From contig NC_052167.1 in the NCBI RefSeq assembly GCF_902713615.1, positions 2,790,001 through 2,854,000 on the forward strand: 64,000 nucleotides of DNA, written 5' to 3'. This document shows, piece after piece, positions 50,465 to 63,778 of this stretch. The notes under the pieces were generated by a model. The model searched no databases and was not told the origin of the DNA. It saw nothing but the letters and a program-made list of their open reading frames with translations. The number at the start of each line of letters is the position of its first letter. Within the stretch, counting starts at the first letter, position 1. The stretch is from Scyliorhinus canicula (Eukaryota). The position numbers and the translations under genes are program-made.

Positions 50465-53400
50465 ATGGCCAACTTGGAACTTTCTCAGTTCCTGAATTGA
50501 GTTGAGGTATTTTCCAGACGTTTTCTAGCCACAGTTGTGGAGGTTTTCTTTTGCCTTTAGTTAGTACTAATGGTTATTAGCTCAGGGAGTCTAGGATTTC
50601 TGGCCTTTTTTTACATAATTTCTTTCTCATGTTTGGTTGCTTGGTGGTGCCAAAAGTAGTGGTGCATCATTGAAAGTAACTAGTGATGTGGAACACCTCG
50701 AGGCATTTCAGCTCTTCAGGACCAATGAGATGTGCTCATGCTTTTGGAATCTGAGCGAGCAGCACGGTAGCACAAGTGGATAGCACTGTGGATTCACAGC
50801 ACCAGGGTCCCAGGTTCGATTTCCCGCTGGGTCACTGTCTGTGTGGAGTCTGCACGTTCTCCCCGTATCTGCGTGGGTTTCCTCCGGGTGCTCCGGTTTC
50901 CTCCCACAGTCCAAAGACGTGCAGGATAGGTGGTTTGGCCATGATAAATTGCCCTCAGTGACCAAAACAGTTAGGAGGGGTTATTAGGTTACGGGGATAG
51001 GGTGGAAGTGAGGGCTTAAGTGGGTCGGTGCAGACTTGATGGGCCAAATGGCCTCCTTCTGCACTGTATGTTCTATGAGAATCAAGATGGTTATGGTAAC
51101 AGATCAAAAAAACGCTGAAGCCGCTATCGAAGTAACTGGTTTTGGAGATCTTCGCAAACCGTGTTTTGACAAATTAGGACAAGAAACGTCTACAAGTAAC
51201 CTTTTTTTGCCTTGATTCTTTTGGCGTAGTGCTAACTCCTTTTCCTCAGAGTCAGAGGATTATGAATGAGGCAAAATGATAAGTTTACTTGATAAATATG
51301 GTAGCCATAAATTAATTTTAAAAGGTTAATCAATTCTGGGAAGAGGAACCTCTACAGGGCTGTGGAAACAATTGAATGGAAAGTCAAACAGAAAAAATGA
51401 TATTTAAAGTGAGGCTGTGTTGTGTGAATGTAAGAGCTCGAACAAGATAGGGTGTGTTGAAGCCAGACCTTTGAACGCCAGTTTGCTGTTGCCCTCAGAG
51501 CGGAGAATTTGTGTAAGATTTGCCCCAAGTGCAGCCGGGCATTGTGTGGTAATGTTACTGGAATTTGCTATAGATTAAAAATTTATGAGGACTGTTGCCA
51601 TCAATCGTTTAGGAAATGTTTAAAAAGTACTGTTAACTGTGTAAGTCTCACCCCCACAACCCAAAGATGTGCAGGGTAGGTGGATTAGCCACACTAAGTT
51701 GCCCCTTAATTGGAAAAAAAAATTGCACTCTTTAAATTTAAAAAAACTGTAACGGTGTCAGCGTGTTTTAAAAGTTTTTTTCTTTATTCTAACAAATGTT
51801 TAGTTCTAACAAATGTTTAGTTTTAGTGTATAAAATCGTCACAACATCTGAGAGTTCAATATTTTGACTTCAGATAACTCCTCATAATGTACAAATTGCT
51901 AATCGTTCTGGCAGCTGATTCAAGTTTCCTTTTGGGATTTGGGCAGCTTGCCACTTAACACCTGCCATGCTATAAGACCTATTTAAATCCCTCCATGCTG
52001 CACCTCCTCCCATCCCTGGAGCCCTATAACACGCTCGACCCTGCAAAGGTCCAATTCTGACTTTTGTGTTGGTTGATGTCCCAATGGATTTTGTCCTGGC
52101 CTTGAAGCGGTGGCGTGACGGTGCTCGGCCAGAGGGTCAGATACTGGCGGATTCCCACTCGCGTCAGGGCTTCACGGTAGCACAGTGGTTAACACAGTTG
52201 TTTCACAGCTCCAGGGTCCCAGGTTCGATTCCCAGCTTGGGTCACTGTCTGTGCGGAGTCTGCACGTTCTCCCTGTGTCTGCGTGGGTTTCCTCCGGGTG
52301 CTCCGGTTTCCTCCCACAGTCCAAAGATGTGTGGGTTAGGCGGATTGGCCATGATAAATTGCCCTTTGTGTCCACACAATAAGGTTACAGGGATAGGGTG
52401 GAGGTGTGGGCTTAAGTAGGATGCTGTAGTGGCCGGTGCAGACTCGATGGGCCGAATGGCCTCCTTCTGTGCTGTAAATTCTATGCTATGCTATGCTGAC
52501 TTCCGGTGCAGGCCCTTTTCCGTTGCCAGCCTGTCTGCAGTCTAGACCCTGAGCTCTGGAAAGTGCCCCCTAAACCTCGCCACCCCGACTTCTTTAAGAC
52601 AATCCTTAATGCCTATCTCTTTGACCCACATTTTGGTTACATGCCCTGACGTCTCCTTGGCTTGGTGTCAGTTTTTCTCTGGTCATGGTCATGTGAAACA
52701 TTTTGGAAGGCTTTAACAATGCTCTATAAGTACAAGTTGTTGCTTATTATCATTTTGATCCCTGGTGAATGCTCAAATAAAGTAACACGAGTACATGATT
52801 CCTACTAATTCACTGGAAGATACCAGTGACGATAGGGCACAGCAGGTGAAGCAAAATCTTTGCTGTATCTAATTAACCATTTTAATTTGAGGTCAAGATG
52901 CCCAGTCCTCTAAAATGCTTGACTCAATCTCTCTTACCATCAATCTGCATCAGCACTACCGTTCCAAAGATAATTAGGGGTGGACGATAAAACTTCGCCT
53001 GACAGCAGCGCCCAGATCCCGTGCATTTTGCAAAACAAATACATGACTCATAGTTGGAAGCTTCCATGTCTAATGGGTACTCCAAAATACAGAATGTTTA
53101 GATGTACTTGATTTATTAATGGTAACTCAAGGTTAAGGTGCCCTATTTCCCAAAACACTCCATCCAATCTTCCCATCAGACCGTATAGTACCTGTACTCA
53201 CGTACATAAAATCCGTCCACCTTTCAGTAACCTATTAATTTGGTGGGTCTGTGTGTGACCTGTGTCAGACTATTTAGAACTTGGTGACTTATTCATAAAA
53301 CCTTATAACTTCCAAGAAGCCCCCCATCCTTCCCCTGCTGTCCATACCTCCCAAGACCACCTTTGACATTGCTCACAGCAAGTCCGCTGTCGAGCTGGTG

Positions 53401-54944
53401 CAGGCCACTCTGGGTTGGAGTATTGTCTGATTCGGGGAATTCTCAATTGGGAATTTCAATTTCAGGTTTCGGGTGAGAACCATCCCAGTATTTTAATGAT
53501 TTTATGTCAATAACTTTGAACGTGGAATGTCTGTGTGTGCAGTACACTTATTTCTCATATATTAGTTAGTATAGATGTGGGGCATCACGGTGGCGCAGTG
53601 CTTAGCCCTGCTGTCTCCCGGCGTCGAGGTCCCAGGTTCGATCCCGACTCTGGGTCACTGTCCGTGTGGAGTTTGCACTTTCTCCCCATGTTTACGTGGG
53701 TTTCGCCCCCACAACCTAAAGATGTGCAGGGTAGGTGGATTGGCCACGCTAAATTGGCCCTTAATTGGAAAAAATGAATTGGGTCTAAATTAATAAAGAA
53801 GTATAGATGTGAATAGCTCTGTGCCAGGAACCATGCCTCGTGAAAAGCAGAGTTATCGGACTGATCCTCCTCCACCAGCATTTTGAATTCTTGTTTATCA
53901 CCATCTTCTGCTTTCTGTTGTAAAGTCAGATTTCAGCTAAATGAGCTAATTTGCCATTGATTCTAGAAGCTTGATAGTGATAGAAGCTCATTTAAATAAT
54001 ATTACTAACTTTAATATTACTAACTGACTTCTGAAAATCGAAAATAATACTCACCAGATTATCAACTTGGAAAGAATTAACGAATGCATTGAGTTCCTTT
54101 GATTTAAATTGAGAGCATCCCATTAAACACTTTTAAACACTTCTCCTATTTTGGTGTTGGGAGCTAGAATTAAGTTTGCGCTTAATTTGTTTTTATGAAT
54201 ATTGGCATAACATCCATCTATCTTCAATTTTGAGGATTTAGAATACTTCTTAAAAATATTTGCCAGACATTCATACGCAGACCGTGCCTACTTCCTCTGT
54301 GATTTCCTGAAGGATTCTGGAATATTCCGTCTGTTCCTTGTGCAGTGTGTTGATTTAACCATTTCATTACAAGTACAGCTTACAAGTGCTGCAGATTCGT
54401 GGGCTAAAATTTCCTAGAATTTCTTTACAGATTAATTGATGAAGTCCGAATATTTAATTTAATACTGCTGCTATTTCTTGACTCTTGTTAGGGTTCCAGG
54501 ACACCTTTAGGTGAGTTGAGGCACTCTTTGGGATTGTTAACACAGACATAGAATTTACAGTGCAGAAGGAGGCCACTCGGCCCATCGAGTCTGCACCGGC
54601 TCTTGGAAAGAGCACCCTACCCAAGCCCACACCCCCAACCTATCACCATAACCCAGTAACCCCACCCAACACGAAGGGTAATTTTGGACACTAAGGGCAA
54701 TTTAGCATGGCCAATCCACCTAACCTGCACATCTTTAGACTGTGGGAGGAAACCGGAGCACCCAGAGGAAACCCTTGCACACACGGGGAGAATGTGCAGA
54801 CTCCGCACAGACAGTGACCCAAGCGGGGAATCGAACCTGGGATCCTGGAGCTGTGAAGCAATTATGCTAACCACTATGCTACCGTGCTGCCCCGCCATGA
54901 ACATGATTGTGCACTTTTTACGCACAAACTCAGTGGAACTGTCA

Positions 54945-55215
54945 AACTGTGCTGGGGATGTCTAGCTGTGCTGGGGATGGCTAGCTGTGCTGGGGATGTC
55001 TAGCTGTGCTGGGGATGGCTAGCTGTGCTGGGGATGGCTAGCTGTGCTGGGGGTGTCTAGCTGTGCTGGGGATGTCTAGCTGTGCTGGGGGTGTCTAGCT
55101 GTGCTGGGGATGTCTAGCTGTGCTGGGGATGTCTAGCTGTGCAGGGGATGTCTAGCTGTGCTGGGATGTCTAGCTGTGCTGGGGGTGTCTAGCTGTGCAG
55201 GGGATGTCCAGCCAA
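54945..55215. repeat. 19-bp minisatellite (tagctgtgctggggatgtc), about 14 copies
   Basis: Directly visible tandem units, decaying at the right end. Confidence 0.93.
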
Positions 55216-55402
55216 TGTCCAGCTGTCCAGGAGATGTTAGGGAGCTGTTCAACTTTCAAATCTATCAAAGCTCTTCAGGAAGTGCCAAACCTGTCAAAAC
55301 CAACTAGGAAGTGCCAAAGGTGTCAAGGAACTGTCCAAGAGGCTAGGTGAGCTGGCATGGAGGGGGTATGGGCAAAGAGTGTTGGTGAGAGGCATTAGTT
55401 AC

Positions 55403-55945
55403 GGGGAGATGGTGACATAGTAGTAATGTCACTGGACTGGCAATCCAGAAGCCCAGGCTAATGTTCTGGGGGCAAGGGTTCACATCACAACGGCAGATGT
55501 TGAATTTAAATTCAGTGAATAATCTGCAATTGAAAACTAGTCACAGTAATAGTGATCATGAAACCATTGTCGATTATTATCAAAACTCATCTGGTTCACT
55601 AACGCCATTTAGATTTGATGTCTAAAAGATTAGGTAGGGTTTGTGGGTTACGGGGATAGGGTGGAGGCGTAGGCTTAAGTACAGTTCCTTTTCCAAGGGC
55701 CGGTGCAGACTCGATGGGCTGAACGGCCTCCTTTTGCACTGTAAATTCTGTGATTCTTTAGGGAGGTAAATCTGCCGTCCTTACCTGCTCTCGCCTACAT
55801 ATGATTCCAGACCCACAACGATGTGGTTGACTCTTAACTGTCCTCTGAAATGGTGTGGCGAAGCGCTCAGTTCAAGGGCAATTAGGGATGGGCGACAAAT
55901 TATTCCTGCTGTTAGCGACACCTGCATCCCATGAAAGAATAAAGT
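55403..55945 (+). mobile_element. LF-SINE-like element with an HE1 3' fragment inserted. Other copies: 1670-2710(-), 12165-12490(+), 22740-22990(-), 31510-31915(+)
   Basis: Shared core aaatctgccgtccttacc...tgactccagacccaca...tgtggttgactcttaactg and tail caagggcaattagggatgggc. Resembles LF-SINE from memory. Confidence 0.7.
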
Positions 55946-56329
55946 TGACACTAAGTTAGCATTGGAGTATGGGGACAACGGGGGGGGCGGGTAGAGTGGC
56001 ATGGGTTCGCATGGATGGGGCACAGGAGTCTGTGGACGGGTGAAGGGATGCTTTTTGTTTTGCTATATTTAATGTATTTAAGCACAGTGGCGGGGCATAG
56101 AGGCAGGCTCTACGCCCGCCCCTGCACCCAGAAGCCTGCGCCTTTATTCCAGGGTTGCCCACCCAGCCACCTGTGTACACATCCTGTGTACCCATGACCG
56201 AAACCATCCAACTCTGTGCCCCGGGCCAAGGGACACAAATCTGCCACCCTTGTTGCTCTCTCCACATCTGCTGCCAGACCTGCTGAATATTTCCAACACT
56301 TTCTGTTTTTTATTCTTGCCAACAAACGC

Positions 56330-56563
56330 CCCACTTTCCCGTGTAAAGTATGTTTTCTCCCTCGTGGGAGATGGGAAAGTAGGTGAAAGGGTTAATGGCT
56401 GGAATGAGTTGAGTGAGCTCCCCTCCCACAGTCTCATGCACACAGAGAGAGAGAGACTGTATGTGTGTGTGTGTGTGAGCTGCTGGCGAGTGTTCAGTCC
56501 AGGTTCGCCTCTCGTACCTCAGGCACCCTCTCGACACAAGCAACCTACCTGCCACCAGAACAG
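56330..56563 (+). promoter_or_regulatory. Putative promoter and non-coding first exon of a gene divergent from NUDT13 (P4HA1 candidate)
   Basis: Unique, moderately CpG-containing sequence ending in donor CAG|gtaaat at 56563/56564. P4HA1 is head-to-head with NUDT13 in human. No coding exon is visible, so the identity is inference only. Confidence 0.35.
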
Positions 56564-58789
56564 GTAAATCTCGCCAAAACTTTCTCTGCCCCCCCCCCCC
56601 CCCCCCTTCTCTCCCTCCCCCTCCTTCTCTCCCTCTATTGCCCTGGCCACGACCTAATGCCTGATTCTGGGTGTATCCCAGCGGCCCTGCCTCTTTGAGT
56701 TTAGGAACAACATCGGTGGATTTTCTTTTTGAAAGTAGGTGAAACTTTTGTTGGGTGCGGTTTGAGGGTCCGCTGGGAAGTTGCTCTGCAAACTCACTCC
56801 GTCCCCCACATGTCGTCGTAACTTGGTCCCGAATGTCAAATCAACAATTGAAATAACTTTGTGGCTACCCGAGGGGTGTGTGTGTGTGTGTGGGGCAGGA
56901 ACAGCTCGCCAATCCAGCATCCAGAAGCCCAGTATTTTCCAGGGAACTATTTTTCCTGGTTATTGGGGGTTAGTTTGCGAACGTCTCCATAGCATTACGA
57001 CAGAGAGAAGGCATCCAGCTGCCTGCTGTATTTGACTCTTGCGTTTAGTGAAAATTACATTCTAAAGTTAACATCTTAATGTCGCAGCATTATTCTGACA
57101 GTGACATGCTGTGTAACGGTTACCTGCTGCTAAGAGTTTCTCTAAGGATCTATTCTGGGAGGGGGTGGGGGAGAGACATGTGGACAAAGAGGTAGAGGAC
57201 GTGGCAACTCTTCTCTCCCCCCCCCCCCCCCCCCCGCGACCCTGGGCGATGTTAAAAACTGCACGTTTGCTGCAGCAGTCCATTTGGGTTTGGCTACACA
57301 CAGTGATGTCCTTCCATCTCTCCCACATTCTGCATCACCAGGAAAGGCTTTTTTTTTCACCCATTAGATTCAGAGATTTGGTGCTCCTCCACATGGAGAC
57401 CAGCCACGTTGCATCACAGCTTATTTTTGTTAATTTAATTTAGCTTGGGGGGGGGGGGGGAAGAGGGGTGGGGGGGGGGGGGGGGGGGTGAGGTCCTAAT
57501 TTTAAAAGCAACTGGATCTGAATCTTGCAGCCTAACTTTGCCACAGTTGGTCTGCGATGGTTTAGAGCTGCTTTGTATTCCTGAAAGTCGGCATTGTTGA
57601 GTATAAATTTAGCAAGACTGATGGGATTCACTGCTCACATAAATTCATCTAGTCTTTATGGTGTGCTGAAATTATATCGTTTAAAACCAGCAATTACTGT
57701 TATGGAATACGGCTGGCTCAATTGATTCCGAATGTAAATTCTAGTTTGAAAATTTGACTCCAGTTGTTTAAACAGGGAACCAAGGGACCACCAGAATGTT
57801 GAAGAAAGGAATAGGAATTTCTGCAGGTCTGAGGTGGCCCAGTGCTCCCCCTCCCTGCTGTTAAGTTTTAAATGCTTCGAGAGTGCATTTTTCAGAAAGA
57901 AGATGTTCCCCTCACAGCAGATCTGAGTTTCATGGGTCAGCAGTTCCGCTGTTGGAATAAGTGAGTCAGTTTGAGCAATGTGTGGGGAGCTGATGTTCTG
58001 ACCAAGGAGACCCAGAAGCTGAACTGCAAAACATTGAACGTTTCAGAGCGTGAAGGCTCCAGTTAGGGAGCGTTTTCGACGAAGGCTCCTGTCGCGACTC
58101 GGTAGATACCACAAAATAAATTGTCTATCTCAACTAAATCACAGCCTATCGTTGTGGAATTTATTTTCTCCCACTCTGCCTCATTTTTCTCCCCCCCCCC
58201 CCCCCCCCCCCCGCCCATCCAAATTAGCTATCTCATTGAGCTTACAGGAACAGGAAGATCCTTCGGGTCTGCTTCACCATTAAACAAGATCATAATTGTT
58301 CTGGTTTTGGCTTCAACTCCACTTTGCAGTCTGCCCCTCATAACCCTTGAGTCCTTCACCTATTGAAAATCTATCAGACTCCGCCTTGAATATGCTACAG
58401 CACGTTATACAGTCACAGTTTTGGCAGGGGCGGGGTCATTATTCTCAAATATCCTCCTAGTTGAAAAGTCAGGCATTCTAATTTCTAAAATTCATCTCAA
58501 ATTTGAGGATCAAGTTTGTTATACATATATGTTCACAGAAGTGGAGTGGCTATGTTCAGTGGCATGGCTTTTCTTCTCATCAAATGCTCTATTGTTAGGA
58601 TTCTTGTATCTCAAGTGAGGGTCAAATCCCAACCCAAGTCAAGGCTAACATTTTAGCACAGACCTGAAGGGATGTTACAATGTTGGACCTGTCAAGCTTC
58701 AGATGAGCTGTTGAAACCAAGGTCTTATCTGTTGGTTCAAGTGGGTGCTAAAGATCGCATGATATTTCGAAGGATCGCAAGGAGTTAGA

Positions 58790-60320
58790 ACCATAGAAAA
58801 TAGGAGCATGAGGCATCCATTCATCCCATTGAGCTTGCTCTGCCGTTCATTATGATCAGGGTTGATCATTCAACTCAGTAACCTAATTCCGCCTCTCTTT
58901 CTCTCCCCCCCCCCCCCCCCCCCCCCCTCCCCTCCCCATATGCTTTGATCCCATTCGCTCTAAGTGCAATATATAACTTCTTGAAAATTTACACTGTTTT
59001 GGCCTCAATTACTTCCTGTGATATCGAATTCCACAGACTCACCACAGTCTGGATGAAGAAATTTCTCCTCATCTCTGTCCTAAATGTCGTACCCCCTATC
59101 CTCAGACTGTCCCATGGTTCTGGACACCCACACCATTGGGAGCATCCTTGACCAATCCTGTTAGATTTTTAAAAATTTCTGTGAGATCCTACCCTCATTC
59201 TTCTGAACTCCAGTGAATACAATCCTAACCACTCAATCTCTCCTCGTACGTCCATTTTGACACTCAAGGCATCGGTCTGGTAAACCTTCGGTGCATTAGA
59301 GGGAGAACATACTTCCTCAGATAAGGAGACCAAAATTGCACACAATATCCTCACCCAAGGCCCTGAATAATCACAGTAAGACATCCCTGCTCCTGTGCTC
59401 GAATCCTCTTACAATGAAGGCCAACATACCATTTACCTTCTTTACTGCTTGCTGCACCTGCATGCTTACCTTCAGCGACTGGTATACGAGAACACTCTGG
59501 TCTTATTGCATATTCCCGTCTCCTAATTTATGGCCATTCAGATAATGGTCTGCCTTCCCATTTTTGTCACCAAAGTGGATAACCTCGCATTTATCCAAAT
59601 TATACTGCATCTGCCATTCATTTGCCCACTCACTCAATCCACACTGAAGGATTTCTGAATCCTCCTCACAACTCACCCTCGCACCCAACTTTGTGCCAAC
59701 TGCCAATTTGGAGATGTTACATTTTGTTACTTCATCTATCTTTATCATTAATATATATTATGAAAAGCTGGGGTCCCAGCACCAATCCCTGTGGTAGCCC
59801 ACTGGTCACTGCCTGCCATTTTGAAAAAGACCCGTTAATTACTATTCTTTGTTTCCAACCATTTTTCTATCAGTCTCAATACACTACCCCTAATCCCATG
59901 CATTTTAATTTTACACGCTAATCTCTTATGCGGGACGTTTTCAGAAGCCTTCTGAAAGTCCAAATAAACCGCATCCACTGGCTCCCCCTCGTCAACTCTA
60001 CTAGTTACATCCTCGAAGAGTTCAAGTCGATTCGTCAAGCATGATTTCCCTTTCATAAATCCATACTGACTGTCCGATCCTGCCACAGTTTTCGAAGTGC
60101 TCTGCTATAAAATCTTTGATGATGGATTCTCGCATTTTCCCACTACCGATGTCACGCTTACTGGTCTATAATTCCTTGTTTTCTCTCTGTCTCCATTTTT
60201 GAATAGTGGAGTTATGTTAGCTACCCTCCAATCTGTAGGAACTGTTCCAGAGTCTATAGAATCCTGGAAGATGAATCACCAATGCGTCCACTATTTCTAG
60301 AGCCACTTCCTTAAGCTCTC
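58790..60320 (-). mobile_element. Degenerate CR1 ORF2 3' half
   Basis: QYGFMKGKSCLTN, VYLDFQKA..VPHKRL and WANEWQMQYNLDKCEVIHFG motifs. Tail ttctatggttcta at the left end. Confidence 0.88.
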
Positions 60321-60639
60321 TCCGACCTGGCTAACGTGACCTGGCTAACGTTCTGCCCTCAATCAACGCTGCCAAAACCAGAGTAGCTGCTTCCACCCCA
60401 TGGCTGATGGTGAGATCTTGCTCTGCTGGTTGCCTCATAACATTGGTGACTTGACTTCAAATATGTTGATTATATGTCAAGAGCTTTCGAGGTGTTTCTG
60501 AGTGATGTGATGGGGCATTATATAAATGCAGCTTTTTCAAACTAAATTAATTATTATTCATATTAATATTTCATTTTGTGTGCAACTGAGTTTGTGTAGT
60601 TAGCCACTGTGCTGTTTGAAGAGCTGCATCGGTCTAGGA

Positions 60640-61023
60640 CAGGGGTGGGCAAACTACGGCCCGCGGGCCGCATGCGGCCCGCCAAAGGTATTTCTGCGGC
60701 CCACCAAGTCATTAAAAAAAAATTTTAAAAAACATTTTTTAAACAAAATTTTTTATTTAAAAAAAAAATTTTTTTTTAAGGTTAATGGGGGGGGCTGTTG
60801 GGTTACTTACTGGTATAGGGTGGATACGTTGACTTGAGTAGGGTGATCATTGCTCGGCACAACGTCGAGGGTCTGTTCTGTGCTGTACTGTTCTATGTTC
60901 TATATGAGGCGCCCAGAATCATAATCGGGTGAAGTAATTATTTTACTTAATATACTATGCGGCCCTTTGTGAATTGTGAATTTCTGAATGTGGCCCTTGC
61001 ACGGAAAAGTTTGCCCACCCCTG
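60640..61023. mobile_element. hAT (Charlie-like) MITE
   Basis: Perfect TIR CAGGGGTGGGCAAACT/AGTTTGCCCACCCCTG, 8-bp TSD gtctagga at 60632-39 and 61024-31, and subterminal palindrome ggcccgcgggcc. Confidence 0.92.
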
Positions 61024-63605
61024 GTCTAGGAGAAAGAGATATGAAACGTGCAAAACCAAGGCCAAAGAATTACGTATCAATATTGCTTGAGTTCATTCAT
61101 AACATGTTTGGCAAGAAGCCCTTAGCCCAGACTGTATTAATTATTAGTTAATTGGTTATTTTAAAGACAGAACCGTAACTTTTATATACGCTGCTCGTAT
61201 GATTACAATTCAACCCAGCTGGAGCAGAAAGCTTGCTCCTACAAAGAGTGCCGATAAAAGTGTAGGGAGAGAATTTGTTTTATTTTTTTGAAATGTGTAG
61301 GTCTGGTGTGCGTCAAGAGTGGAAGGCCGGGAGAACGGCCTATCTACCCACAGTGACCACACTTCAAAATTACTTCACTGGCTGTAAAATGTTTTGGGAC
61401 GTCCTGGGGTGGTTGCTATTTAAATGCAAGCCTGCCTTTCTCTTAATCGTTTCGCTGTAAGTGATTCACGGTGAAGAGGCCGGAAAGCTGGGTGTTTTAA
61501 AATGCTGCTTTGAAGACTTGATCTTGTTCTCAGTCACAACAATACCGGAAGCATGAAGCTGGCATAGTCTTTTTGCCTAATTTGCTCGGTACTTTACACC
61601 TGAATGTTTACTGTGCGTTATAGTGAACACTTGGATATTTATGCATCGCCTTATTAAATCAGTGAAACACCTCGAGAATTTTTCATTAAAATGGAATACT
61701 GTTTGGAATGCACTGTTACATGGTGAGCACAGGAGGTGTTCTGCACCAGCAAAGTCGCACAAGCAGTAATGAGATGGAGAACTAGTTAATCTAGTTTAAA
61801 TTCCATTTAACTTGGTTGCACTCCTCCTTTGAACCAAAGTGCTGCCAAAGGAAAATGATAGGTCAAATCGAGTCATAAAACTGCTACTCATGTCGGATCC
61901 TAATTGACTTTACTGAGCCTTTCGAGCAGGTGATCTGGTCACCCTGGGGCGGTGAGGTCAAACCATATAATAGAAGCATAAAACATAACTTCAGGAAGGT
62001 AGAAAATGAGCTGCACCAGACATGTTTTTTAAATCAGGGCTTTATAAGTAATATACATTATACTGTTCTTGCAAGTATTGATTTATGCAACATAAATACA
62101 GATCTCTTTTTGAATTGATGTAATTGTAGCTTATTTAGTTTTTACTCAGGGCATCCATATCATCTTCTGGAAGTAATTTTGCACTGAAGTCCCTTTTTGG
62201 GAAGGTTCAGATGTAGATCATGACTTTTGAGTATGAAGGGTCAGAATTAAAATTCTCAGTCGGGAAGTAAGTCTGTAGGGAATCAAAATTTGGCTATATA
62301 TTTAAAGAAAATAAAAATGTTAGAATTTATCGGGGTGTATGTGGGGGGGGGGGGGGTGGAGGGAGAGAGAACACATTAACGCCAATAGATATGTTTGAAA
62401 TGAGGATTTCTACAGACCTACTCTGGAGCAATCAACATGTAGGGTGGATGCAGCCATGTATTTACAGGGACATGGAAACAGGCTAGATGCTAACCTGGGA
62501 GAGGGAAGGACGAAAGTTCTTGGGTTGGGGGAAGGAAGAGAACGAGAAAACTAATATCTATTCCAAAATTTTGAAAAGTCATTGTATACGGATAGGAAAC
62601 CTAGTTTGTTGGGATCTGAAGCAAAATAACGTTTTGATTTTAGTCTGAAGTTGTTCCCTTTGTCACTGAATGGGAGCAGTTGAATCCCGCTTTTTGGACG
62701 GGATATTAAACTGACGTCCTGTCCACCTTTTGTGGATGTGAAAGATCACATGGAACTATTTTGAAAAAGAGCAAGGGGAGGGATTCTTCCCGGTTTGCAG
62801 GTCAATAGTAATCCATCTACCAACATCACTAAAAGCAGGCGATCTGGTTGTTTACTCCATTGCTGTTGAGGACAAATTATGTTTCCTACATTACAATAGT
62901 AGCAGCTAACTTGAAAAATATAGTTAATCGACTACAATTTGGGACAAAATGAGGTTGTGAAAGTTGATATTTAAATCTAAATGTATTCTCTGCTTCTTTC
63001 CTCATATATCCTCTCCACCCTAATCCCTCCGTCCTTAAGACCCCTGCCTCGCTTCCACATTGAACATTTGCCTGGTCTTGTGTGTTTCCAAAATGTACAA
63101 TGTGTAACCAGCACTACCCATTGTGCCTGATGCTAGTTATCATTCAATATCCCAACAATGTGCCCTACCTGATGTAATGGCTGCAGGTAGATTCCTTGAG
63201 TTGGGGCCATCGTGCTGTGGTCATTGAATGCATTGCTTTTAAAAAAAATATATTTTGGCAGGTTGCATTGCTGTCTACTGAAGGCTCGTCATTTTGACAT
63301 GGATAGTTTGGATAAAAAAGGCTCTCTGTCAGCAAAATTATTTTGGGGGCAAAGCGGAGAGTAAGCGAAATAACGAGGTGGGGGAATAATAAATATCCAT
63401 TTCATACTGTAATTTTTGGTCATTGCATCTGTTTGTGGATGTGTTCAACAAATGAACAGTTTGGGGTTTCATGTCCTAATGAGAATTACAGTAGTCTTAA
63501 AAATGTAGAGTAAGTTTCATCTTTGGCTTGGGAAACCGAACTATTTCTCTGGAACTCAATTGCATTTCTGGAGTTGGGGAGTTATGCCAACAATGGCCAG
63601 GATCC

Positions 63606-63778
63606 TGAAATGAAATGAAATGAAATGAAAATCGCTTATTGTCACAAGTAGGCTTCAAATGAAGTTACTGTGAAAAGTCCCTAGTCGCCACATTCCGGCG
63701 CCTGTTCGGGGAGGCTGTTACGGGAATCGAACCGTGCTGCTGGCCTGCCTTGGTCTGCTTTCAAAGCCAGCGATATAG
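63606..63778 (-). mobile_element. tRNA-headed SINE with a different head but the same gtgacaataa tail
   Basis: Head ggggctgtttagcacag...ggttcgattcccg. Tail ggaatgtggcgactaggg...gcctacttgtgacaataagcg + (tttca)n. Confidence 0.75.

Noticed and set aside
1403-54965. Many recurring 60-100 aa ORFs (e.g. ...LGHCLCGVCTSSPCVRGFPPG...) and tRNA-like boxes
   Set aside because: They are translations and A/B boxes of HE1 SINE copies, not genes or tRNAs.
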